From Deltaproteobacteria bacterium (GTDB lineage Bacteria; Desulfobacterota; BSN033; WVXP01), in assembly GCA_019308905.1 (NCBI GenBank), contig JAFDHF010000007.1:6533-70532 (forward strand): a stretch of 64,000 nt of DNA. Direction: 5' to 3'. Numbering within the stretch: the first letter of the stretch is position 1; every line of letters starts with the position of its first letter. Below the pieces are notes generated by a model that saw only the letters and a program-made list of their open reading frames with translations, was not told the DNA's origin and made no database searches. Position numbers and translations under genes: made by a program. Below are positions 17,335 through 26,265 of this stretch, one piece after another.

Positions 17335-18267
17335 ATGAATGTAGCCGATAGATCGCTTCGGAGACTGACCGAATGGAGGTCGGCAAAAGGGTTTCGTGTT
17401 CGGACGCAACTCAAGCCCTACCTGCTCCTGCTGCCCGCCTTTTTCTTCCTGACGATGTTTACCTACTATCCCATGGTCAAGGTTTTGCGGCAATCCATGT
17501 TCACCAAGCCCCATGGAGAAAGGGCTGAGATCTTCGTCGGTGCCGGCAACTATGCCCGAATGTTCCGTGATATGGCATTTCAAAAGGCCATGAAAAACAA
17601 TGGCCTTTACGCCCTTGGCACGGTCGTGCCCAGCATCGTCCTGGCCTTGGCATTGGCGCTGTTGTTGAACAGGTCGAACCGGTTCAACAACTTTATCCGT
17701 TCCCTCTTTTTCTTCCCAACCCTCATTCCGCTTGTTGCAGCGGCAGGCCTTTGGTGGTTTTTCTTTTTTCCCGGTTACGGCTTGCTGGACTATTATCTGG
17801 CCAAACTCGGCTTTAGCGAGACCCACTGGCTGGGTGATTCCGATATCGCCCTCTATTCGCTGATGCTCCTCACGGTGTGGAAGAACGCCGGGTACTACAT
17901 GGTGTTTTTTCTTGCCGGATTGCAGGGGATCCCGCAGGACGTGACCGAAGCGGCGGTGATCGAAGGGGCGAATTGGTGGCAGCAGCTCCGCTATGTCACT
18001 CTGCCCCTTCTCAGGCCGACCACCGCCTTTGTCCTGGTTATCGCCTTCATGCAGATGCTCAGTAACGTGGACCACGTGATCGTCATGACCAAAGGAGGGC
18101 CCCAGAACTCGACCAATCTCCTGCTCTTCTATATCTACCAGAATCTGAACGAGTTCTACGACGTAGGCAAAGCTTCTGCGGCCACGGTTTTGAACGTGGT
18201 GATCCTTCTGGCCGTCTCCATCGTGGGATTGCGTGTGCTCGAACGAGGGATCCATTATGAAATCTAG
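17335..18267 (+). CDS. Carbohydrate/glycerophosphate-type (CUT1, UgpA/MalF-like) ABC permease
   Basis: N-terminal YLLLLPAFFFLTMFTYYPM and six-TM layout with an EAA-loop region (EAAVIEGANWWQQLRYVTLPLL). Confidence 0.88.
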   Translation: MNVADRSLRRLTEWRSAKGFRVRTQLKPYLLLLPAFFFLTMFTYYPMVKVLRQSMFTKPHGERAEIFVGAGNYARMFRDMAFQKAMKNNGLYALGTVVPSIVLALALALLLNRSNRFNNFIRSLFFFPTLIPLVAAAGLWWFFFFPGYGLLDYYLAKLGFSETHWLGDSDIALYSLMLLTVWKNAGYYMVFFLAGLQGIPQDVTEAAVIEGANWWQQLRYVTLPLLRPTTAFVLVIAFMQMLSNVDHVIVMTKGGPQNSTNLLLFYIYQNLNEFYDVGKASAATVLNVVILLAVSIVGLRVLERGIHYEI

Positions 18268-19090
18268 AAAGCGGGTCCTGGCCTTTGTCTTCGTCATGGT
18301 GATGAGCGCGGTCGCCTTTTTCTGGTCCACTCCCTTTATCTGGATGATGATAACCTCGTTCCGGCCCAAGCTCTACGGCGGCCTGGACATGGCTTCGCTG
18401 TGGCCGGATTTTTCACCCTCTTTGATCAATTTCAAACTGGCCTGGGAGAGCGCGCCGTTTCTTATCTACTACATGAATACGGTCATCGTGGTTCTCGGCA
18501 TCCTGATTGTCCAGCTGGTTACGGTCTCGTTTTCAGGCTACGTATTCGCCCGCCTCACCTTTCCGTTCAAGAATACGCTTTTCTACCTTTTTCTCCTGCA
18601 ACTCATGATCGTTCCGCCGATCCTCATCGTCCCCAACCTGTCGACCCTTGTCAAATTGGGCCTGTATGATACCCTGCTGGGGATCATGGCCCCCTATTTT
18701 GCTTCTGCCTTCGGCACCTTTCTCATGCGGCAGACTTTCAAGACGATTCCCGCGGATTTCGAGGAAGCGGCGATAATCGACGGTGCCTCCTTCTTTCAGG
18801 TCCTGTGGCATGTTTTGCTGCCCCTTGCCAGGCCGGCCCTGACCGCATTTGGGATCGTCAGCGTTGTTTATCATTGGAATGAGTACCTTTGGCCTTTGAT
18901 GGTGACCAGTTCCCCCAGCACGCGGACGCTGACAATCGGCCTGGCCAGTTTCACCCAGGCCGCTGAGGGAGCATCTGAATGGGGCGTCATCGCAGCCGGC
19001 ACCGTGATCGTAATTCTTCCGCTGGGGGTCGCCTTTATCGCCTTCCAGAAGCAGTTCGTGAACAGCTTCATGTTCTCGGGGATCAAATAG
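18257..19090 (+). CDS. Carbohydrate/glycerophosphate-type (CUT1, UgpE/MalG-like) ABC permease
   Basis: EAA loop EAAIIDGASFFQVLWHVLLPLARPAL. ATG at 18257 with GAGGGA RBS. Overlaps the upstream stop by 11 nt. Confidence 0.88.
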   Translation: MKSRKRVLAFVFVMVMSAVAFFWSTPFIWMMITSFRPKLYGGLDMASLWPDFSPSLINFKLAWESAPFLIYYMNTVIVVLGILIVQLVTVSFSGYVFARLTFPFKNTLFYLFLLQLMIVPPILIVPNLSTLVKLGLYDTLLGIMAPYFASAFGTFLMRQTFKTIPADFEEAAIIDGASFFQVLWHVLLPLARPALTAFGIVSVVYHWNEYLWPLMVTSSPSTRTLTIGLASFTQAAEGASEWGVIAAGTVIVILPLGVAFIAFQKQFVNSFMFSGIK

Positions 19091-19250
19091 TTTCTTGCTT
19101 GGCCGTATCCTGAACAATCGAGAAAGGAGGTGAATCAAAGGGTTTGAGCGGATAGGCGTTACCCCGTGTGGATCGTGTATAGGGCGGAGCCGCCCTGGTG
19201 TCGACGGATCTCGTATTGTGATCTGATCATCTGGAAAGGAGGATGGATTG

Positions 19251-20576
19251 ATGAAGCTTTCAAGGCACGCAGTAGTGGCAGTTGTGGTCCTTGCAATCGT
19301 TGCAATGGTGTTGCCCCTGTCGGCATTTGCGAGAACCAAGATCGAGTATTTCTTCCCGACCATGGTGGAAGGACCGCTGGCTCGGGAGATGACCAAGATT
19401 GTCAACGAGTACAACAAGATGCAGGACCAGGTAAAGGTCATCGCCGCCTATACCGGCACCTACGACGAGACAAAGATCAAGGCCCAGGCGGCCTTCGAGG
19501 CCGGCAAACCCCCGGCGGTCGTGTTGATGTCGCCTTTCTCGATATTCGACTTCGTACTGAGCGACTATCTCGAGCCTCTCAACCCAATGATCAAGGCGGA
19601 CGGCATGGACCCCGAGGAGTTTTTCGCTGACTTCTGGGAGGCTGCCCACCCCAACGCGATTTTCGACGGCACGATCGTCGCCGTGCCGTTCCAGATGTCG
19701 ACTCCCCTGCTCTACGTCAACTGCGAGCATCTGGCAGAGGTCGGCCTCAGCTGCGAGAAGCCTCCGGCCACCTGGAAGGAGCTCGTTGCTGCGGCCAAGA
19801 AGCTGACCAAGAAACAGGGCAACAAGGTCATCCGCTGGGGCATCATGATGCCCTCGAACTACGACTACCTCGGCTGGCTTTTGGAGGCGCTGACCCTCAC
19901 GAACGGCGGCCGTTTCTTCAACACCGACTACCGTGGCGAGGTCTACTACGACACCCCTACAACCAAGGGGGCGCTTCAACTCTGGTACGATTTCGTCTAC
20001 AAACACGGCGTGATGCCTGCGGGTGTGACCGAAGGCAGGGAGGTCGGAGCCGCGTTCTTTGCTGGAAAGGCATCGATGGTCATGCTGAGTACGGGTTCCC
20101 TCACCGCCGTGCGGAAGAATGCGAAGTTCAAGTACAACGTCGCCTTCATTCCGAGGAACGTGCGCCACAAGGCGCCCCTCGGCGGCGCGTTCATGGTGAT
20201 AATGAAAGGGTTGAGCCCTGAGAAGAAGAAGGCTGCCTGGGATTTCCTGAAGTGGCTTACGAACGCCGAGAACCTCGCCCGCTGGAGCCGGTTTACGGGC
20301 TACTTTGCACCGCGTAAGAGCTCCTACGACCTCCCGGTGATGAAGGAATTCACCGCGGCCCACCCGGATGCCGTGGTGGGGTTGGACCAGCTCCGACTCT
20401 ACGGTTATCCGATCCTCCAGGTCTACAATTCGATCGCCGTCCGCAAGGCCCTCGAAGACGAGATGCACGCGCTCCTCAACAACAAGACGACCGTTGAGAA
20501 GGCCGCAGCAGAGGCGCAGAAGAAGGCCAACCAGATCATGGCTCCTTACAACAAGGATCACGCCTCGGCGCCTTAA
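19251..20576 (+). CDS. Extracellular solute-binding protein (family 1, UgpB/MalE-like)
   Basis: Signal peptide (VVAVVVLAIVAMVLPLSAFA), about 440 aa, AAAGGAGG RBS before the ATG at 19251. The track start at 19248 is a TTG one codon earlier. Confidence 0.88.
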   Translation: MKLSRHAVVAVVVLAIVAMVLPLSAFARTKIEYFFPTMVEGPLAREMTKIVNEYNKMQDQVKVIAAYTGTYDETKIKAQAAFEAGKPPAVVLMSPFSIFDFVLSDYLEPLNPMIKADGMDPEEFFADFWEAAHPNAIFDGTIVAVPFQMSTPLLYVNCEHLAEVGLSCEKPPATWKELVAAAKKLTKKQGNKVIRWGIMMPSNYDYLGWLLEALTLTNGGRFFNTDYRGEVYYDTPTTKGALQLWYDFVYKHGVMPAGVTEGREVGAAFFAGKASMVMLSTGSLTAVRKNAKFKYNVAFIPRNVRHKAPLGGAFMVIMKGLSPEKKKAAWDFLKWLTNAENLARWSRFTGYFAPRKSSYDLPVMKEFTAAHPDAVVGLDQLRLYGYPILQVYNSIAVRKALEDEMHALLNNKTTVEKAAAEAQKKANQIMAPYNKDHASAP

Positions 20577-20589
20577 GACCTACGCCGTT

Positions 20590-20624
20590 GGGGCGGCCGG
20601 GTAGACCGACCGCCCCTGTTTTTT
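20590..20624 (+). terminator. Rho-independent terminator after the SBP gene
   Basis: GGGGCGG (20590-20596) pairs with CCGCCCC (20610-20616), followed by TGTTTTTT. Confidence 0.7.
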
Positions 20625-20697
20625 GGGCCGGCAGAGGGAAGCCGTTCCCCACTTGCAGGGTGACACGTAGGGGGGTGTTGGGAGGCGGGTACTCGCA

Positions 20698-21486
20698 TCA
20701 CGGATACGAGAACGACATCGGCAGTTCTCCCCTCACTTCGACGCTGACCCGTACGCCTTCATCCAAGGTCACCTCGGCAAAAGCACTGGCCGGGCGTCCG
20801 TCGGTGAGGCCGCCGTCCACGAGGGATCCGATGGTGATATACGGAATTCCATCGATCACCTCCACGTTGTTCCAGTGCATATGCCCGTTGAAGACGGCCT
20901 TGACTTTGCCGGAACGCGCGAAGAGAGCCCGTGATCGCTCGCGGTTTACCGCCAGAGCGAAGTCCGGATGCTTCGCGAAAAACCAGTGAGAGTCGAATTT
21001 CTGTTCGTCAAGGGGGTGGTGGGAAAAAATCAAGACAGGACCAGTGCACCTGTCAAGGTCCTCGTCGAGCCACCTGAGCTGATCTTCTGAGATGGTGCCG
21101 CCCACTCCGCCGAATGTCGGATCCTGAGTGTTCAGAAGAACCAGGTGGTACCCCATAAAGTCCATCGATTCGTAATCGGATTTCTTGCCGAGAAGTTCCC
21201 GCATCTGTCGCTTGTCTATATTGATCAAATCGTGGTTCCCGTGAAGGAAGAGGACCGGAACGCCGACCGATTCCAGACGACTCTTCACCCTTCCGATTCT
21301 CTCCACATCCTCGCTTGCGCTGACGTCGTTGATACGGTCTCCAAGGTCGACGATCAGATCCGGCCGAAATCGCCGTGACATCTCCTTCACGAACCTATCC
21401 AAAAGAGGGAACGCAGCCGATCCGAGACGCGTATCCATATCCGGTCCACTGTGAATGTCGGTTATCAGTCCAATGCGAAGCCGCAC
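20698..21486 (-). CDS. Metallophosphoesterase (calcineurin-like)
   Basis: Motifs DIHSG, GDRIND, GNHD and GHMH in canonical order. GTG start preceded by AGGAGGGGAGGGAGGG. Confidence 0.88.
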   Translation of the reverse strand: MRLRIGLITDIHSGPDMDTRLGSAAFPLLDRFVKEMSRRFRPDLIVDLGDRINDVSASEDVERIGRVKSRLESVGVPVLFLHGNHDLINIDKRQMRELLGKKSDYESMDFMGYHLVLLNTQDPTFGGVGGTISEDQLRWLDEDLDRCTGPVLIFSHHPLDEQKFDSHWFFAKHPDFALAVNRERSRALFARSGKVKAVFNGHMHWNNVEVIDGIPYITIGSLVDGGLTDGRPASAFAEVTLDEGVRVSVEVRGELPMSFSYP

Positions 21487-21687
21487 TTAGCCCTCCCTCC
21501 CCTCCTGTTTGTCTGCCGACAAGGAGTAAGTCACTCGCACGAAGATCCTATGTACTCCATTTCAGTTACTTCCTTGCCACGGAGAGCAGTATAGGGAAAC
21601 CGGCCTTGTATGTCAATCAGAAATGGACCGGGGTCTTCCCGTATTTCCGGCGTTCGGCTCTCCTCCGCCGGGAGGAGCCCGTTGCTA

Positions 21688-21717
21688 TTGACCTGTACGG
21701 CTCGATAAGAGTATATA
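21688..21717 (+). promoter_or_regulatory. Sigma70-type promoter for the G1PDH-related gene
   Basis: TTGACC (21688-21693), 18 nt spacer, TATATA (21712-21717). Confidence 0.45.
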
Positions 21718-21771
21718 TAGTACCTGCAAGGTCTTCATAGGGCGGAGAAGGCCGCCGGGGAAGCGTCTGTG

Positions 21772-23199
21772 ATGGATAAAGCCAGGATCGAAAGACTTCT
21801 CCAGTCTGTTAGTTATACCCGCGAATTCCTGATGGGACCCGGGTTCGTCTCTGAAATCCCGGGGGCTGCCAAGAGGAGCTTTCCGGGTTCCAGAATCGCT
21901 GTTGTTGCAGATGACAATACCTTCAGGGCAGCCGGGGGAATGGTAATCGATGGGTTGTATGGCGCCGGGCTTGATGTTGCAGGAAAATTCGTTTTTCCAG
22001 GTACGCCGACGCTCCATGCCGACTACAGGCATGTGGAGGATCTGAGGCAATTCCTGGTCGAGTGCGATGCGATTCCGATCGCGGTGGGATCGGGGACCAT
22101 CAATGATATTACAAAGTTGGCCTCACACGAAAGCGGCCGTAAGTACATGGTTGTGCCTACGGCCGCCTCAGTCGATGGTTACTCCGCCTATGGCGCCGCG
22201 ATACTGGTGGATGGTTTCAAGCAGACAATCGATTCTCCGGCTCCCCTGGCGATTGTTGCGGATACACGCGTTTTGAAAGACGCCCCGCCGGAGATGACCG
22301 CCGCGGGTTACGGCGATCTCCTCGGAAAGATTACGGCCGGAGCCGATTGGATTATCGCCGACAGCGTCAATGTAGAGGCCGTCAACCCTTTCACTTGGGA
22401 AATGGTACAGAAGGATCTGCGCAAGTGGTTGGGCCAACCCGAGAGACTCCTGGAAGGGGACCTCCATGCCATTGAGCAGCTTTTTGAAGGTCTGACAGTA
22501 TCGGGTCTGGCCATGCAGGCTCAGAGGAGTTCCCGCCCGGCATCGGGAACGGAACACCATTTCAGCCACGTTTGGGAGATGCTGAATCTGGAGAAAGACG
22601 GGATTCCGGTTTCCCACGGTTTCAAGGTCGCCATTGGAACCCTTGCCGCCTCGGCCATGTTGGAGACGGTTTTTGCCAGAGAGATCGGGCGGCTCGATGT
22701 CGATGCCGCCTGCGATCGGTACCCCAGTCTGGAAGACCGGCAAAACCAGGTCCGAGGCGCTTTTTTCGGTAATCCGGCAGGCACGGGAGTGGGTCCTAGA
22801 GACAGTGAGAGCCTGTCGGCCGGCCAATCCCTGGGCAGGCGAATCGTCGATCAAGCGGGCAAAGGAGTCGTGGACCGGATCGTTGCGACGACTCTGGCGA
22901 AACATCTGACAAAGGACGAACTGCGGGAAAGGCTTGCACTGGTTCGATCCCGGTGGGACGTCCTGCGGTCGAGGGTGAAAGCTCAGTTGCTCCCCTATTC
23001 GGAATTGAGGGGGATGTTGGCCAGGGCAAAGTGCCCCACCTCACCGGATCAGATCAATCTCTCGCGCGGGCAGGTAAGGGAGACCTTCTTCCTGGCACAG
23101 ATGATCCGCGAACGGTACACCGTGCTCGATCTGGCCTATGAAATGGGTTGGCTCGAGGAGTGTGTCGAAGAAATCTTTTCATCGGGAGCTTTCCTCTAG
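21772..23199 (+). CDS. Iron-containing alcohol dehydrogenase-fold protein related to sn-glycerol-1-phosphate dehydrogenase (AraM/EgsA-like), long form
   Basis: Motifs AVGSGTINDITK, VVPTAASVDGY, and a GTEHHFSH metal-binding His cluster. 475 aa. Confidence 0.7.
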   Translation: MDKARIERLLQSVSYTREFLMGPGFVSEIPGAAKRSFPGSRIAVVADDNTFRAAGGMVIDGLYGAGLDVAGKFVFPGTPTLHADYRHVEDLRQFLVECDAIPIAVGSGTINDITKLASHESGRKYMVVPTAASVDGYSAYGAAILVDGFKQTIDSPAPLAIVADTRVLKDAPPEMTAAGYGDLLGKITAGADWIIADSVNVEAVNPFTWEMVQKDLRKWLGQPERLLEGDLHAIEQLFEGLTVSGLAMQAQRSSRPASGTEHHFSHVWEMLNLEKDGIPVSHGFKVAIGTLAASAMLETVFAREIGRLDVDAACDRYPSLEDRQNQVRGAFFGNPAGTGVGPRDSESLSAGQSLGRRIVDQAGKGVVDRIVATTLAKHLTKDELRERLALVRSRWDVLRSRVKAQLLPYSELRGMLARAKCPTSPDQINLSRGQVRETFFLAQMIRERYTVLDLAYEMGWLEECVEEIFSSGAFL

Positions 23200-23233
23200 G
23201 CCCACGGACCATGGAAATCCCTGAAGGCTCGTG

Positions 23234-24499
23234 TCATTTCTTGGTTTCCCATTCCGCCAGGGGGGTGAACGTCATCAGTTCCTTGGCGATCTCAGGATAC
23301 CGGGCGATGAAGAGCAATTCCCGCTTGGTAAGGGGCTTCTGGGTGTGGACGTTGGCATACCTGACCAGTTCGAGGATTCTCGTCGCCTCCTCGTCGTCAT
23401 TGAAGCGCACTTCGAGCTTTTCGTAGACATTGCGGAATCCTCTGATTCCACTGTACTCGCCTGCGGTTATCTTCCTCCCGGTTTCTATGATTTCCGGCTC
23501 CCCTCTGCCTAGCTCCTCGTAGTCATAGAGTTCGTAGTTGTGCCGGTCCTTGAGGGCACCGTCGGCGTGAATCCCTGATTCGTGGGCAAAGGCATTGGCC
23601 CCCACCCCTGGCTGGTTGATGGGGACGGCCACGTCGAAGGCATAGGAGGCGTAGGTGGCAATCTGCCAGGACTTAGAGAGGTCGACGCGCTCGTCGAGTT
23701 GGTACTTGTCGGCGAATCCGCTCGATTTCTGCACGGCCAGAATGACGGATACGAGATCGGCGTTGCCGGCTCTTTCACCCATTCCGTTTATGCAGGTATT
23801 GATATAGGCGTCCACGCCGGCATCGATTGCCCCTTTGGCTCCTGCCACCGAATTGGCGACGACCATGCCCAGATCGTTGTGGCAGTGGAGCTCTATGGGG
23901 ATCTCCACCTTCCGGGCGACTGTCTTGATCCTATCGTAGATGGTGAAGGGGTCCTCATAACCGAGGGTATCGCAGTATCGGAAACGGTCCGCCCCGTGGT
24001 CCTTGGCGGCCAGGGCGAACCGGATGAGAAAATCCAGATCTGTCCTCGATGCATCCTCGGCATTGACGCCCACGGTCTTGATCCCATGGGTCTTGGCATA
24101 GTCAAGGGCTTCGGTCATGTCCTTGATCACATCGTTGCCTGACCTTTTGCCCCTGTATTTTCCCCGGATCATCTGTTTTGAAGTGGAGGCCGAGATGTTG
24201 AGATGCTCCACCTCTGTGAGAGCCAGCGCCTGTTTGACGTCTCCCACGATGGCCCTTATCCATCCGCTGAGGATGATCGGTTTCAGAACCCCCATCTTGG
24301 CGAGCTTCAGGTTCGCGTTGAGGTAGTGGGTTTCGTGGCGTGTCACAGGGAATCCGAACTCACTCTGGTAGATTCCCATCTCGTTCAACATCAGGTTGAT
24401 GATGGTCTTCTGGAGTTTGGCCAGGCCCAACCGGGAGGTCTGGACGCCGTCCCGGTTCGTGACGTCGATAATGTAGATCTTATTCTCCTTCTTGCGCAT
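23234..24499 (-). CDS. HMGL-like carboxylic-acid synthase (homocitrate / isopropylmalate / citramalate / Re-citrate synthase family)
   Basis: N-terminal IIDVTNRDGVQ (DRE-TIM metallolyase motif), HCHNDLGM and HESGIH. 421 aa with no LeuA-type C-terminal regulatory domain. Confidence 0.82.
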   Translation of the reverse strand: MRKKENKIYIIDVTNRDGVQTSRLGLAKLQKTIINLMLNEMGIYQSEFGFPVTRHETHYLNANLKLAKMGVLKPIILSGWIRAIVGDVKQALALTEVEHLNISASTSKQMIRGKYRGKRSGNDVIKDMTEALDYAKTHGIKTVGVNAEDASRTDLDFLIRFALAAKDHGADRFRYCDTLGYEDPFTIYDRIKTVARKVEIPIELHCHNDLGMVVANSVAGAKGAIDAGVDAYINTCINGMGERAGNADLVSVILAVQKSSGFADKYQLDERVDLSKSWQIATYASYAFDVAVPINQPGVGANAFAHESGIHADGALKDRHNYELYDYEELGRGEPEIIETGRKITAGEYSGIRGFRNVYEKLEVRFNDDEEATRILELVRYANVHTQKPLTKRELLFIARYPEIAKELMTFTPLAEWETKK

Positions 24500-24707
24500 T
24501 CTCCTTGCTCCCGGAAAAACCGATATCTTGAAACACGTGTCAGTTTTGATCCCGAAGTATAACTATATATTGGCTTCTCGGCCGCAAGTCAATAGCCGGT
24601 CTCGCTGAGTTCCCCGATTCTTGGGCCAAAGGTCTCGCAGGTCGCAGACCTCACGATTCTCCGTCTCCCCGGGCCCGCCGGGGATGGATCGCCCGGCAAA
24701 GGCAGTC

Positions 24708-25364
24708 CTATGTCGTCTGGAAGAAGCGCCTTATTCCTTCGTGAAATAGATGGGGAGCGACCAGGTCCGCACCGGAGAAGTCCTGGTTGCGGGTGTAATC
24801 GTTGGGCACTACGATGCAGGAGCATCCTGCCCCTTTTGCGGATTTCAGACCCACGGCCGAATCCTCCAATACCACACACTGCCGCGGGCCGAGTCCGAGC
24901 CTGTGGAGAGCGAGTCGATAGATCTCAGGCGATGGCTTGCCTCTGGAGACGTCTTCTCCGGTCACGACCAGCTCGAACCGGTCGTGGAGGTGGAGGCGGT
25001 CGAAAATGATCTCTTTGAAGATCGGTTTCGAGGAGGTGGCCACGGCCTTACGAAAACCATGACTCTCAAGCCAGCAGAGAAGGTCGAAGAGCCCGTCCAT
25101 GGGTTTGACACCCTTCAGGAGGAGCTCCCTGTAAAGGTCGTCACGCAAGGTCTCGATCTCGTGGACGTCTCCTTGTATGAGAAGGGCTTCCATCATGATC
25201 TGTATCGACCGGGTGGCCTTGTAGCCCATCATCTTCTCCATGACTTCTCGGGTGAAAGTCTTCCCGTACCGCCTGGCGACCTCGGACTCGGCCTGGAAGT
25301 AGAGACTCTCGGTCTCCACCATGAGACCATCCATATCGAAGATCGCCGCCTTGATCCTTCCCAT
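24708..25364 (-). CDS. HAD-IA family hydrolase (beta-phosphoglucomutase/phosphatase-like)
   Basis: Motifs FDMDGLMV, ATSS, GKPSPE and LEDSAVGLKSAKGAG. Confidence 0.85.
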   Translation of the reverse strand: MGRIKAAIFDMDGLMVETESLYFQAESEVARRYGKTFTREVMEKMMGYKATRSIQIMMEALLIQGDVHEIETLRDDLYRELLLKGVKPMDGLFDLLCWLESHGFRKAVATSSKPIFKEIIFDRLHLHDRFELVVTGEDVSRGKPSPEIYRLALHRLGLGPRQCVVLEDSAVGLKSAKGAGCSCIVVPNDYTRNQDFSGADLVAPHLFHEGIRRFFQTT

Positions 25365-25399
25365 TGCTCGGACAGCCTCCCCTTGCCTGTGGGCAGACC

Positions 25400-26167
25400 C
25401 TAAAGGGCGACCATGGTGCCACCGTCTACGTAGATGGTTTGGCCTGTGATATAATCCGAGGCGTCGGAGGCCAGGAACAGAACCGCTCCGACCACCTCTT
25501 CCGGCTCCGCGATGCGACCTTTGGGGATTCTCTTGACAATCCGGTCCTGCACTTCAGGAGTGCTCCACACAGGCTCACTGAAGGCTGTTCTTGTGAATCC
25601 GGGCCCTACGGCGTTGACATTGATATTGTACTGTGCCCACTCAGCGGCCATACACATGGTGAGCATCTTGAGGGCCGCCTTGCTGGCGTGGTATGCACCC
25701 ATGCCGGCTCCGGCCCTTTCGGCTCCTATGGTGGTGATGTTTATGATTCTTCCGCCTCCCCCCTGTTGGATCATATGCCGAGCCACGGCGCGGCTGAGGA
25801 GAAAAGGGGCCTTGCAGTTGGTGTCGAAGATCTTGTTCCAGCCGTCCTCCCGCAATTCCATAAGGGACTTGAGGAAACTCCTGGCCGCATTGTTGACCAG
25901 AATGTCGATCCGCTTGAATTCACTCACCGTGGCCTCGACGAGGAGTTCCAACTGCCTGCTATCTGTAATGTCCGTCACCAGGGGGACCGCCTCACCTCCC
26001 CCCTTACGGATCTCCCCGGCCACGGATTCCAGTTCCTCCGGGGTTCTGCTGGCAATCGCCACCTTGACCCCGAAACGGGCAAGAGCCAGGGCGATGGCCC
26101 TGCCGATACCTCTGCCCCCACCTGTGACTATGGCGACCTTACCCTCGAGATCATAGCTGGTCTTCAT
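25400..26167 (-). CDS. Short-chain dehydrogenase/reductase (SDR)
   Basis: Motifs TGGGRGIGRAIA and YHASKAAL. The ATG at 26167 gives a typical 255 aa. The upstream part of the track ORF is Arg/Pro-rich junk. Confidence 0.9.
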   Translation of the reverse strand: MKTSYDLEGKVAIVTGGGRGIGRAIALALARFGVKVAIASRTPEELESVAGEIRKGGGEAVPLVTDITDSRQLELLVEATVSEFKRIDILVNNAARSFLKSLMELREDGWNKIFDTNCKAPFLLSRAVARHMIQQGGGGRIINITTIGAERAGAGMGAYHASKAALKMLTMCMAAEWAQYNINVNAVGPGFTRTAFSEPVWSTPEVQDRIVKRIPKGRIAEPEEVVGAVLFLASDASDYITGQTIYVDGGTMVAL

Positions 26168-26265
26168 GACTGTTCCTTTCTTGAAGATTTCGGGTTTCAG
26201 AAGAAACCCGGAAAGGCGATGCAGAGGAGCGCTTGGCGAGTGTATCCGGCCTATTTGAGGGATTT

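Noticed and set aside
19260-20561. 433-aa minus-strand ORF
   Set aside because: It is antisense to the solute-binding protein gene, which has a signal peptide and a strong RBS. It has no motifs.
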